A DNA stretch of 64,000 bases, taken from the NCBI GenBank assembly GCA_021613535.1, contig CP075497.1, positions 13,578,001 through 13,642,000 of the forward strand, given 5' to 3'. The notes under the pieces are model-generated. The model did not search any database. It saw only the letters and a program-made list of their open reading frames with translations, and was not told where the DNA came from. Position numbers and translations under genes: made by a program. This DNA is from Adineta vaga (taxonomy: Eukaryota > Animalia > Rotifera). Every line of letters starts with the position of its first letter. Positions within the stretch are counted from its first letter, which is position 1. Positions 40,401-55,400 of the stretch are shown here, in pieces.

Positions 40401-43400
40401 TTTTTGCGGGGAATAGAGACGATTCAGATCAAACGATGCGTTTTGAAATTCATTACAGATAGCCTCGACTCATTTCCCAGCCTTTTTTGCAAGAAGAAGA
40501 ATAAGAATCTTCAGACTAGTCGCGACCACCCGCAGCATCATCCCCTAAAATCGCTATTGGACCAAATGTGGATATAGATTGGATAGATGTAAATATAAGA
40601 GATGAGTATGCTTTACTCAACAATATATACTCCATCACATGCACACTTCCATCCACAACCATACCTATCTTCGTATTCACTCACCCAATCGAAACCACCT
40701 ATATTCACACCCATTCACATAAATATTGGAATGAATCGTTATGGGAAAAATAAAATCAAGCCTTTTCATGGTTACTTGTTGCGGATATGAAAATATAATC
40801 TATGACATAACGCTGTTTCCGTATATTACTTTATTAGTTTTTTTAAAGCTTCTACTTATTACTAGTAGTTATTACTGACAATTATTACTTTTATTACTTA
40901 TTGATTTATTACCTTAGTACTATTTCAGCTTTATTACATTTCCTAATTATTATTTATTACCAGTAATAAGTAATAACACTTTTAATTATTACTAAGTAAT
41001 AGTAGTGGTGATAGAACACCCCTAGTGCTAAGATTTACCTAACCTATGCGATTGTTTTTTTTATCGTATCCAAACATGTTGATGTCATGCTGTCTTATAA
41101 GTTTCTATCAACCTTCACAATTTATACGACTTTTGTTTAACAAAAGTAGCAAAAAGAAACGTTTATATCACTTCCGTTCGTCATACATATAAATCATCAG
41201 TCATTGTAGCTTACTGAAGAAAAGTTATCTACTCTCCTTGCTTCGTAAACAAGCAGCTATAAAATATAAATTTTTTCTTCATTACTCATCAGTATATATT
41301 TATTCGATTCCCTTTCTAATGCAAAGTATTTCAAATGCCGGTTCATCCACTACAGTCTTAACCCTCTGGTTCTATAACAGTTACTAGGAGATCTAATGTT
41401 TCTCAGACATAGAACTAACAAAATAAAAACAAAAAGTACTAAGATCGCAAAGTTAGGAACAAAAAATATAAAACATGAAATTCCGTATGTTATCTGAAGA
41501 AAGACGGACTGGTGTGACGCAAATTATTTCTTACCATTATATAATGGCTATTTATTTTCCTTCTTTAATTCGCTACTATTAGAACGAGAAAAGTGATAAA
41601 CATGCGCTTTTTATAAGTTGCTCTTCTATATGCGACCGACTATATCCTATCGATCATCCTCTATCGAAGAGCATTTTAATTCGAGAAGATCCTTTCTAGA
41701 ACAATTAGAACACAAAATCCGATCGGTGCGTTGCAACTGGAAACTTTTGAGAACCTAACCCAAGGGGGAAAAGCTGATTGCAATGGTTGCCGTTGATTGC
41801 TATCCGTTTTCTTTCTATCCGATGACAAGTTCAAGTATTTTCTAAAAATACATAAAGTTTTCATCACTAAACATCATGACAATAATCTTTTCACAGTATT
41901 AAACGGATAATAGATTTTTTGGTACCTGTGATTGTCAAAGATTGTCAATGATTGCGGATGGTTGTCGATGATTGCTCTCCTTATTTTGACTACCAAACAA
42001 CGGACTCAGGTTACATCTGATATGACTTGTTGTTTACATCATTCAGCAATATGACAATCATATTTTATCAATGGATTTATGGCTGATTGTCAATTATTGC
42101 TTTACATGCAATCAACTTTTTCCTCCTTGACCTAACCTATCATTATAGCTTCACTAACTCACACTTCAAATCATACTTCAAAATTGTTCTTAACTTATAT
42201 GTTTTTAAGAGTAATAGGGCATATTGCGACGAAAATCTCCTTCTCATTTTGATATTGTCACACAATTTGATGAAATCATAATATTCCAGTATCATGCATT
42301 TCTCTTCATCTTCAATACTGACTTTACAAAACGATAGAGATCACAATATGGAAGAATTCTCATATTTTTTAGTTGAGACTATTCCACATCATGAATTTCC
42401 AATGACATCATCCTCGTAACTTTGAACTTATGTCCTTCTCTATATCCATTAGCCATCATTAAAATCTCTTCAAAAAATTTCATATAAACAAAACATACAC
42501 TCAACAGCTCACCTCTTTCAATTCTTTGTCGAAGACACATTACTCTACTCTTATGTTCTCTTATCTTTTCAGGCGAAACACTATTACCACAAACAGCACT
42601 ACACATATGGAATCATTTGAAATCAAGCGCTCAAATTTATAACTTATATGGACCAGCAGAATGCACTCTTATCTCCACATTTCATCTCATTACACAAGAC
42701 GATCTTCATTTACATTCGATACCTATTGGTGGTCCACTTGTTGGATACACATGTCATGTTCTCGATACATACCTTCAACCAATTCTTATTCAGTATCATA
42801 TCGGTGAACTATGGATTGGTGGCGATGCTGTATTCAGTGGTTATTTACGTCGACCTGATCTTTCAAAACAATCATTAATACATGTTTCTCATACAGAAAG
42901 TCTCCTGTATCGTACAGGTGACTTAGTACGAATTGAACGTCAGTCAGGTCTACTACTTTACGTCGGACGTCAAGATTTTCAAGTTAAATTGAGAGGACAA
43001 CGTCTTGAATTGACTAACATCGAAAGTGTAATTATGCAAATATCAACTCTGGATGCTACGAACTGTGTCGTCATCAAATTTGATCATGCTGATCAAGAAC
43101 ATCTTATTGCATATATTGAAACTAGAAGTCAATTGAGTTTCAACATATTACATGATGAATGTGCAAAACACTTGCCACTCTACATGATTCCTTCCTTGTT
43201 TATCCCATTGAATAACTTTCCATTGAATCAAAACGGAAAATTGAATCGAAAAGCTCTTCCATTACCCGATTTCACTCTTCTATCAACAATTACACATAAT
43301 AACGATCAACCAAAAACAAATATCGAACAATGTATACATTCCATTTGGTGTCACGTTCTTCCACATCTTACATCGATTTCAGTTTCACAAAATTTCTTTT

Positions 43401-46400
43401 CTTTGGGTGGTAATTCATTATCTTTGATGAAACTTCATCATTTATATCAAATAGAATTTAAACATAATCTCAATATGAGTGAACTTTTTCGTTATCCTAC
43501 TATTCGTGATCATGCTCGATTATTTCTCGAACAAAAACATTCATCTTTAACAGATAACATACAATGGCAATCGCTTCATCTCAATGAAGGTAATTCAAAA
43601 ATATGAAAAAGAAAAACTAATCTTCTTTCTGTTGATATTCTCATAGGTCCTGCATCATTTGCTCAAACACGTATCTATCTAGACGAACAAATTCATTTTG
43701 CATCTTCATCAACAGCTATCTATCATATGCCCTTTGCTCTTGAAATAGATCAACATTGTTCTCTTTCCTTCGAAAGACTACAAAGAGCAGTAAGAGCTTT
43801 AGTTGAGAAACATCAAGTGTTGCGAACAAAACTTACATTCAATGAAAATGATGATGTATTACGACAATGTGTACTTCATTCATTTGATATACCGTTTGTT
43901 GAATCGACAATATCTTTCGATGATAAAGAGGCACTTAATCAAATCCTTTTCAGTGAGGAAACGCATCCATCATTATTTGATTATAATCAAGGTCATGTGT
44001 TCCGATGTCACATTGTTCGTAGAGATTTAGATAATAAAAATCACGATCTATTAACATCTGGTGACATAATTATCTTCAATTTTCATCATATAGCTTTCGA
44101 TGCCTACTCCATTCCAATATTCTTTCAAGATCTGCAACATGCTTATTCAACTAATTGTACTCTCGAATCATCATCATCATCTTCTTCTTCTTCTTCTTCT
44201 TCTTTCAATTATATTGATTATGCTATACATGAACGTGAAATTGATTTTAGTGAAATGAAAGAGTTTTGGCATGAACATTTGCTTGGTTATTCAGATCATA
44301 TTCTTCCATTACCATATGATCGATATCCATTGAATAAAACACGATCTGGTCGTGGCATAATAATTAGTTTTGGTTTGTCCCAAGATATTGTCGATCAAAT
44401 GCTCACTCACATGATTGAAAATGATGTTACTCTCTTTCAACTTGGTTTCGCTATTTTCTATACTTATCTATTTAAACTTACTCAACAAACAGATTTATGT
44501 GTTCTTACCGTTAATGCTAATCGTCATCGACCAGAATTACAAGATATTATTGGTTTTTTTGTCAATACGTTGCCTTATCGTCTTTCAATGGATGCATGTT
44601 CGTTGGTTTTAGATATTATTCATCAAATAAAAGAACTTAGTTTAGCTGTTCTATCGTGCTCTGTTGTACCTTATCAAGACGTCATTGGTCGAAACTTATT
44701 TTCTAGTGTGATATTTGCTGTTGAAGAGTTTAGCCAAGTTGCCATGGGAAATTATACTCAACTCGATAGTGGTGCTAGGTTGCATCCGATTGATATGAAT
44801 ACTAATAAAATAGGTCATAGTAAATTCGATTTGTCATGCGATATTTGTCATGGTGATTCTTCCGGTGGAATTACATTGTCAATTACTGGCTCACTTGATA
44901 TCTTTGACCAGGCGACTATGGATGTAATGGCTCATCGTTTCGAATGCCTGTTTGATCAAATATTTGATTTAAAGCCAATATCTGGGCTATCGTTACTTTT
45001 TAATGAAGAATACGAGATATTAAATGATTTGAACAATACTTCTGTGCATATAAGTAGTATTGGTTGTATGCATCATGATTTCATGAGACGAGCTGAGTAT
45101 CATTCACAGAAGATAGCTGTAATTCTGGAACATCAATCATTAACGTATGGCGAAACATTTTATTATGTGCAACTACTGGCCCTTCATTTAATTACTGATA
45201 TAGGGCTTAGGATTGGTGATCGGGTATATCAGTATGTAGAGCGATCTATTGAAATGGTTATCGGTATTTGGGCTATTTTGATGAGTGGTTGGTAAGAGAA
45301 TACTTTTTCTATTTTCTTTAATTATCTCCATCATGTGTATCTTCTTTTATACAGTGTTTATGTTCCCGCAGCTAATTTGGCAGAACATACCGATCGTCTT
45401 CGTGATCAAATTTTAGCAATTAATCCCACCACTGTATTGGTATCCGATGGAACTAGTTTTAGTGATTTTGAAATAGTATCATTAAATATTGGTCAATATT
45501 TAAACAAAGTCATGAACAATAATCACATTGTTAACTTCAATTGTTTATTACAACGAATTTCGTCAACAATGTCTGAAGATTATGCTCATATTATTCTCAC
45601 ATCTGGTTCCACAGGACAACCCAAAGCAGTAAGTCTATTGCTCTTGATCAGAATTGGATTTGAGTCTCACATAAAGTTTTCATCAGAGCCCGAAACAATG
45701 TAGTATTTTACTGATTCGACTCACCTCGGTTCCTTAATGCTCTACCTCGCTTCGCTCCGGTTTTCGGAGGAAGGATCAAAATCGACTGCGAATATGTCGC
45801 ATTTATTTATAATACGATGTACTTTTGCGATATTGCCCATCTGGAATGCATCACATTTCAAATAATCAGTATCACAGTTCTTTTTCTGATAATTAGGAAA
45901 GAAAACATTTTTATCCAAAAAAGAATAAAACGTAGTCAATAAAAATTTACAGTTGACATGTGTACTATGTTGTTTACAGTAGCTCTAATAACAGAGTTAT
46001 CTGGAAATACGCAGCTTGAGTAAATCGTTCGTCAAAAGTTCATTCAGTTGTTCATTGCAGCACTGACTTTACTAACATCCATTACAACGTCGCACTGATG
46101 ACACAGAAACACTTACTACAATTGATATACATATAGTCCGAAAAACAGTACATGGCGGTGTATCAATATCTTCAACACTGAAATGCAAAAATTTCCAGTG
46201 CAGTCTGCGTCCCAGTGATTTTACTAATATCATATTAGTGAGAATTTTTCATTATTTTTACTGAAACTGCATGTCTAAAACAATCGATAAAAGTTGAGGT
46301 GTCACTTTTCACCCCAACTCGCTTTGCTTCGTTCGTTTTGGGCTCTAGTTTTCATGGTCGTCCGTATCTAAACATAAAAATATCTTCTTACCAAATTATT

Positions 46401-49400
46401 TGTTTACCATTTGTAGGTGCAAATTCGCCATAAAAACTTTGTTTCATATGCACGCAATCACTTATTTGCAGCTCGTTTTACTCATGTCTATACTATAAGT
46501 GCCGATGATATCGTCCTTCAACATACTCAGTCTTCATTTGATGTTCACGTTGAGGAAGTGTGCGCAACATTAATGAATGGTGGTCAATTAGTACTTCTTC
46601 GTCCTTATGGTCATTTAGATGCGGACTATGTAACAAAATTGATTTGTGAGCACAATGTCTCTCATATGAATCTGGTCCCTGCTCAAATTGCATCATTAAG
46701 TGAACAATTCCACTGTTATCCAATGCGTGCTCGCTCACTTAGAAGTGTTGCTTCAGCTGGTAAGTGTTCAACATATTAAAAAACGATAATTCTGAAAAGC
46801 TTTGTTCTTTTATAGGCGAATCAATATTGGTGCGCACGTCGCTTAAACTACTATCCTGTCTACCACTAACCTGCACTCTGTACAATTCTTATGGACCTGC
46901 TGAAACAACTCAAAGTGCAACTGGTTTTGTTATTAGTCATTGTGAAACTACTTTGCACAACAGCTTATCAACAATAGTACCGATCGGTCGTCTACTGCCC
47001 AATTATCAAGCACTTTTACTGGATATTTTCTTACAACCAGTATGCATTGGTCAACCAAGTGAACTGTTCATTGGCGGCAATGGCTTGTTTAATGGATATT
47101 ACAATCGACCAGATCTCACCCAACAAGTGATGTTACACATACAAGGAGATCTGTGGTACAAAACAGGAGATATTGTAACCTTGAAGAAGGATAAACAAAT
47201 ACATTTTCTTGGTCGCCGAGACTATCAGGTTCGTATCAAAATCTTGAATACGAAATATCAACGGGCTTTGCATACACGCCAGTTGACCCACAGAATCAGT
47301 AGGATCTATCAATAAATTCAAAAAAAACTCTTTTCTTTCGCAAAAGCTATAGTATTCTTCGATCACATTAACGAGATAAATCTCTATCTCTTCTAAATTG
47401 ATAGATCCCATTTATTAATTATTTTCCCGTAAGATTTCAAGAACCTCTCCACCCTAAAATATCATAGTCCGTCCAAATATCAATTACATACATAGATATC
47501 TTTTCGATTCGATAATTCAAAGTACTTTCATTATTATATGAATAGAGCAAACTCTTAAACGTGACCACCTTTCCTAATAGGTAAAACTACATGGTCAACG
47601 AATCGAATTAGAAGAAATAGAAGCTACCATACTAGCGTTTTCAAACAATATCGCCAATTGTATTGTTCTGAAACTCTCGCATAATGATATAGAACACCTT
47701 TTTGCTTATCTCCAAGTGGGACCACACGAAATCAACACACAATCCCTCCGAGATTATTGCTCCATACGATTACCTCAATACATGATACCTACACTATTCA
47801 TTCAACTTGATCTTTTCCCTTTAAACACGAATGGAAAAATAGATCGAAAAGCTCTTCCATTACCCGATTTCACTCTTCTATCAACAATTACACATAATAA
47901 CGATCAACCAAAAACAAATATCGAACAATGTATACATTCCATTTGGTGTCACGTTCTTCCACATCTTACATCGATTTCAGTTTCACAAAATTTCTTTTCT
48001 TTGGGTGGTAATTCATTATCTTTGATGAAACTTCATCATTTATATCAAATAGAATTTAAACATAATCTCAATATGAGTGAACTTTTTCGTTATCCTACTA
48101 TTCGTGATCATGCTCGATTATTTCTCGAACAAAAACATTCATCTTTAACAGATAACATACAATGGCAATCGCTTCATCTCAATGAAGGTAATTCAAAAAT
48201 ATGAAAAAGAAAAACTAATCTTCTTTCTGTTGATATTCTCATAGGTCCTGCATCATTTGCTCAAACACGTATCTATCTAGACGAACAAATTCATTTTGCA
48301 TCTTCATCAACAGCTATCTATCATATTCCTATTATTCTCGAAATCACTCAAACATCAATGTCATTATCAAGACTTCAACGAGCTCTTTTGGTTCTTATGA
48401 ATAAACATAAAATACTTCGTACTCGTGTTGTATTTGATGAGAATGAACATCATCTTAGACAAGAAATTCTTCCATTTTCATCCATTTCAATGATTGATAC
48501 AACAATTTCTCATGAAGAACATCTTCATCAACTTTGTTATAATGAAGAAACTAATGCAACACTTTTTAATTTAATTCATGGAGATGTATTTCGATGTCAT
48601 CTTATTCGAAAATCAATTAGTACAGATAACGATCTTCTCATTCCTGGTAACATTCTTATTTTTAACTTTCATCATGCAGCTTTTGATGGCTCATCCATTG
48701 AAATTTTCTTCCATGATTTACAACGAGCATACACAATAGATGATCAATTAGAACCTTGTTCACTCGATTATATAGATTATGCAGTCTATGAAAAAGAGAT
48801 TAATATGAATGAAGCAACACAATTTTGGAAAGAACATATGAATGATTTCATTAATAATATTCTTCCATTACCATATGATCGAATACCACATGATAATAAT
48901 ACTCGTTCTGGTCATGGCATAACAATGAGTTTTGGTTTGTCCCAAGATATTGTCGATCAAATGCTCACTTACATGATTGAAAATGATGTTACTCTCTTTC
49001 AACTTGGTTTCGCTATTTTCTATACTTATCTATTTAAACTTACTCAACAAACAGATTTATGTGTTCTTACCGTTAATGCTAATCGTCATCGACCAGAATT
49101 ACAAGATATTATTGGTTTTTTTGTCAATACATTGCCTTATCGTCTATCAATTGATGGTTACTTAAGCTTTCTTCATCTTGTTCGACGTGTGAAAGAACTT
49201 GCTCTTACTACATTGCCACATACACATCTCCATTATCAAGACATTATTTCAAATATGACAATGAATACTTTGCAAACAATGTTTCTTATTGAAACTGAAC
49301 ATGACAATGTGGTTACTCTTGATTCTCATACTAATCTTCGTCCATTAACTTTTCTCACTACTGATCCACAAACTATTGCTAAATTCGATTTCACTTGCTC

Positions 49401-52400
49401 TCTTTATTTACAATCTCAAATGCGTTCCATAACTGTAACATTCAATGTTTCGAACGATCTCTTCGATATGAATACAACAGTTCTCATGATTAATCGTTTT
49501 AAATGTCTTTTCAATCAACTTTTCTCATCATCATCACCATCATTCTTATTTCTTTCGCAATATTCATTACTTCTATCATATGAAATCGAGTTGTTTCATC
49601 AATTAAATAATGAAAATTCACTATGTTTATCAAATTCATGGCCTATTCATCATCGATTTGTATATCAAGTTGACAAACATCCACAAAAAATTGCACTCAT
49701 ACTCGATGATCAATATTTGACTTATGCTGAATTATTGAGTAGATCACAATTGTTAGCTTTGTATTTAATTGAATATTATCATGTACAATCTGGTGATGTT
49801 ATTGGTGTTTGTATCGATAGAAGTATTGAAATGGTAAGTCATTGATGACAATATTGATTTTGATTTTTCTTTTTTCTATAGATTATTAGTATAATATCGA
49901 TTCTAATGTGTGATGCTTGCTACTGTCCATTATCACCTGATCAATCTGCATCTAGACTTAATACACTAATTGAACAATTAGAACCAAGATGTGTTCTTAT
50001 TCGTATGCAAACAGATACATTTATTTCATCGAAGAATATCAATATTGAACAAGTACTATTGTTATCAAATTTGTGTGAATGGAAAGAAGATGATATTCGT
50101 GGAGATATGAAATCATTAGCTTATATGATATTTACAAGTGGCTCAACGAGTACGCCTAAAATTGTACCGATTAGTCATAAAAATTTTGATATCTGTATGA
50201 ATGCACTTGTTCATTCTGGAATAATGATGAATAGTGATATTGTACTACAAACAACTCCATCTTCATTTGATATTCATATGCAAGAAATTTTGGGTACACT
50301 ATGGCTTGGTGGATGTCTATGTTTACTTCACTCAAAAGGAAATCTTGACATGAACTATTGGATATCGGTGGTACAACGACAAGAGATTAGTTTTATTATA
50401 AGTGTGCCCACTTTCTTCACTTCACTTATTCAATATATAGAGAAATCAGCTGATTTACATCAAGCATTATCAAGTGTTCATCGATTATGTTCAATAGGTA
50501 AGTTCTTTCTTTTCATATAAAGATTTATTTGTGCTATGGTATGTTCGGAATAAAAAGATTCAGTAGATAAGCTCTTCATACCATATTTGTCATGTCATGT
50601 CTTAGTTATGAAGGGAATTAGAATGGAGTTTGTCGTAGGAACTGTTCGTTAATGTTTCAGTTTTTGGGGACAATAGTGAGGATTTCGAGCATAGGCGATT
50701 GTGATCACAATAGAGTTGATTAGTTTTTCGAATTAATTAAAATCAGAATCGATCTGAATCTAGAAGTTTCGGTCCGAGTGGTGTTATGGAAGATGAAAAA
50801 TAGCGATGACTTCTACGGCTTTTTAAAACGTTACAGTTATTTTTGGAACTGATTAATTTGCTTTATTACACAACACATTGATTGATTATGTTGTTTCGCA
50901 TTTTGACTATCTCTGTTAGATGGACATACGAACAATATATAGAGTGTACGAGTACACGAATTGCGAGACTTTTTATTTAAAATTATGCTGCCGTTGAATA
51001 GCCTCCTACTTATGGTTAAAAATAGTTTCAGTTGCAACGGTTCTGATTTCCGTTCAGTTATATCACACTTCATGAATTTAATTGTGTTTCTGAGCTATAA
51101 TAATGCATGAATTGGGTCTCTAATTTAGTCATCAGACCGACTCCTTCAGAATTGTAGGCCTCTAAATCGAAACATTATGTACTAAGGTATAGTGTAACAA
51201 TTTCATATTTTAAGCTTGTAGAATTGAGCCTTTATTCAATAGTTCTTCGTCTTATGTGTAAAAAAAAACATTAGAAAGGGAGAGAAAACGAGAAACAATA
51301 ACTTTGCGTAGGCATAATATACACATGCCAAGATATGACATATAACTTTGCAGTGATACAATTCTGTATAAGAAAGAAAACAGAAGTGATGATAAGGAAA
51401 GGATAATACTTGGTGTATAATCAATCCATATGAATAATCTCAAGAATAACAAACGGTACAATCTGGCCATTAACTGAGAAGCGACAATGATATAGATGGG
51501 ATGTTATAGATAAATTGAATTGGAAGTGTTACATAGCGATAAATCCTAACAAATTCAAATTCATAAGTTCTGATTCATAAATACATAATGCAAAATTTAG
51601 GAACTAATAAATGTTTGGATCTATTTCACTGCGGAAAGTATGTAGAATCAAGAGTAATTCGAAATGCAATAGACGAAACGAAGAATATTTCGCATTATAG
51701 TAATTCCATGATTAATAGTTTCTTTTATAAATTCTTTAAACTTGCGATCTTAGCAGGCTTTTGGAGAATAATTCACCTTTAAGCATTGCAGAGAATCTAA
51801 TGGTAAAATAATTTAGATACAATACTACGTAAGGTAGAAAACTACAGTCAAGTATTACTTCTTTCTATTCAACATTCGAGAGAACCTTAGAAAGAGTTCA
51901 TTATATGAAGATGTCCAAGTATAAGTAAGTTCTTATTTTGGTTATATATTTTGAATATACGACTTTTGACAACTGGATGAGTCAGATGAGTTGGGTTTAG
52001 ATCAAATTATCTAGCATAGTTTTTATAGGTCGGTCCCTTTGCTAGATCTTTCTAACAGATCTCAGGCTAGGAATTAGTCCAGCCCGGTCGCGATCTTAAA
52101 CCGGCCGGTTTTTACCGTTTTTTAAAATTGTTTATAAGACAATTATATCATTGTTCTGTAGATGTCACACATTATGATTTACAAAAATGTGATATTAATA
52201 CCATAAATTTAAGTTAGAAAGAAGAAAACGACATTGTACGCAGTGGACATATTATTATTAATATTATTATTATTATTAAATCGCTATGATTTAAAAACGT
52301 TAGGCTTCAATTTTACTGATTGTCCATTTCAGCGAATTAAAAGCAATCCGTATGTACTAGGTACTTAGTATTGCAAGAAAATGGATCAGTATCTTAGGTA

Positions 52401-55400
52401 AATGTTACATTGTCGTTTATATAGATTTTCTGTAAATTATGGAAAGTGTAGTCTGATATTTGCGTCAGCGTTACGTTTAATACACATTGTCAAATAGTCA
52501 TCAAAGATTATAAAAGCTTTATCTAGCCATTTATTATTCTTTTTTCAAACTATTACTTGATTAAACATAAGTTGTAAAAAGATTGTTATGAATTAGAAAA
52601 TAAACGACTTAAAACCAGTTCGCTTTGACTACTTCAATTTCAGAAAATAGCACAAATAAAGACATTTGAGATTTGCCAAAGTTGTTATCTTTTCCGCAAG
52701 CTTTCGATACTCATAAACTGTTTTTATTTCTATTAAACAATGACACATGCTCAATAGTCATCTTCACATATATACGAGTATAAGAGTCAAATCTAAAGAA
52801 TAATGCCTATTATTGACTGATATTTCGTTAAAACGTAATTTGCTCACAATGATAGACATATTGAAACCAATATTGTATCAGTTGAGTTGTCATCAGTTAG
52901 ACTTTAAAAAATGCTTTCGTCCAGCTTCTTCCCTGTCAAATCACACTATACAACCTGCCGACTTTTTCCAGGTTTTTACCGTTTCAATCATATATGTAAA
53001 CCAGTCGATCCAGACTGATTTAAAAAGCCAAACCGATTTAGCAGGTCGTTCAACAGAAATTCTACCACTTCCAAGTCTGAAAGACTCTAATAATGATATA
53101 CGTTCATATAAATATGATCTGATTATGAACCATGTTATATTAGCTAAATTCTTTCAACAATATATTTGACCAAATAACAATCAATCGCCTATGTTAGAAG
53201 AGCAAGCAATAAGATTCGGTTTTTAAAACATCATACATAACTATTTTGCACCCAACACGATGACTGTTATAGGTGTTGAGTAGGGATGTCACATTACTTT
53301 TACTTTTTATTTATTTTGCTCATTAATTGATAATAAATTTATTACCATTATTACTTATTGCTTCTCACTAGTAAATACTTTAGTTTTGTTATTTTATTGA
53401 TATTAGAGTTTCCACTCATTCTTTGTAGTGCATTTTTCACTAATTTTGTATCGAGTTATTAGTAATTACTTTCAAATCATTATTACTTATTGCCAATAAT
53501 AAAGTAATAATAAATTTGAAAGTAATAAGTAATAACGAGTAATAATTATTATTATTATAATACAGTAATAACAATTGTAAAATAGCATCGATAAGAAGAA
53601 TAGGTAATACATTGACTTCTGAATGTTATCTGTGAACCAAATATTATCTTCTAGAACCTCTCACAGATGCTAAGCGCATAAAAAAACAGTGCATTGGAAA
53701 ATTATATACAATTTTATCTGCTCATTTGTTTGGATATAGATGGGTCAGTGACGAATCTAAACTTTTCATGATGAGATTCGTTTTTGCGGGGAATAGAGAC
53801 GATTCAGATCAAACGATGCGTTTTGAAATTCATTACAGATAGCCTCGACTCATTTCCCAGCCTTTTTTGCAAGAAGAAGAATAAGAATCTTCAGACTAGT
53901 CGCGACCACCCGCAGCATCATCCCCTAAAATCGCTATTGGACCAAATGTGGATATAGATTGGATAGATGTAAATATAAGAGATGAGTATGCTTTACTCAA
54001 CAATATATACTCCATCACATGCACACTTCCATCCACAACCATACCTATCTTCGTATTCACTCACCCAATCGAAACCACCTATATTCACACCCATTCACAT
54101 AAATATTGGAATGAATCGTTATGGGAAAAATAAAATCAAGCCTTTTCATGGTTACTTGTTGCGGATATGAAAATATAATCTATGACATAACGCTGTTTCC
54201 GTATATTACTTTATTAGTTTTTTTAAAGCTTCTACTTATTACTAGTAGTTATTACTGACAATTATTACTTTTATTACTTATTGATTTATTACCTTAGTAC
54301 TATTTCAGCTTTATTACATTTCCTAATTATTATTTATTACCAGTAATAAGTAATAACACTTTTAATTATTACTAAGTAATAGTAGTGGTGATAGAACACC
54401 CCTAGTGCTAAGATTTACCTAACCTATGCGATTGTTTTTTTTATCGTATCCAAACATGTTGATGTCATGCTGTCTTATAAGTTTCTATCAACCTTCACAA
54501 TTTATACGACTTTTGTTTAACAAAAGTAGCAAAAAGAAACGTTTATATCACTTCCGTTCGTCATACATATAAATCATCAGTCATTGTAGCTTACTGAAGA
54601 AAAGTTATCTACTCTCCTTGCTTCGTAAACAAGCAGCTATAAAATATAAATTTTTTCTTCATTACTCATCAGTATATATTTATTCGATTCCCTTTCTAAT
54701 GCAAAGTATTTCAAATGCCGGTTCATCCACTACAGTCTTAACCCTCTGGTTCTATAACAGTTACTAGGAGATCTAATGTTTCTCAGACATAGAACTAACA
54801 AAATAAAAACAAAAAGTACTAAGATCGCAAAGTTAGGAACAAAAAATATAAAACATGAAATTCCGTATGTTATCTGAAGAAAGACGGACTGGTGTGACGC
54901 AAATTATTTCTTACCATTATATAATGGCTATTTATTTTCCTTCTTTAATTCGCTACTATTAGAACGAGAAAAGTGATAAACATGCGCTTTTTATAAGTTG
55001 CTCTTCTATATGCGACCGACTATATCCTATCGATCATCCTCTATCGAAGAGCATTTTAATTCGAGAAGATCCTTTCTAGAACAATTAGAACACAAAATCC
55101 GATCGGTGCGTTGCAACTGGAAACTTTTGAGAACCTAACCCAAGGGGGAAAAGCTGATTGCAATGGTTGCCGTTGATTGCTATCCGTTTTCTTTCTATCC
55201 GATGACAAGTTCAAGTATTTTCTAAAAATACATAAAGTTTTCATCACTAAACATCATGACAATAATCTTTTCACAGTATTAAACGGATAATAGATTTTTT
55301 GGTACCTGTGATTGTCAAAGATTGTCAATGATTGCGGATGGTTGTCGATGATTGCTCTCCTTATTTTGACTACCAAACAACGGACTCAGGTTACATCTGA

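Larger units (their letters stand above)
34865..43646 (+). repeat. NRPS module 3 (type Y) C-A-T, repeat unit copy 1, 8782 bp including 5455-nt intron
   Basis: ORF track recurs at +13380 and +22160/+22157; splicing CSIG|ETLLP joins 37117 to 42573 in frame. Confidence 0.93.

Noticed and set aside
41929-41975. Degenerate 10-mer tandem gattgtcaa(a/t)
   Set aside because: Short intronic minisatellite with no further structure.
37457-42606. Short ORFs recurring three times (e.g. 39433-39789, 38208-38402, 40568-40790)
   Set aside because: No motifs; they lie in the large intron and recur only because the whole module is duplicated.
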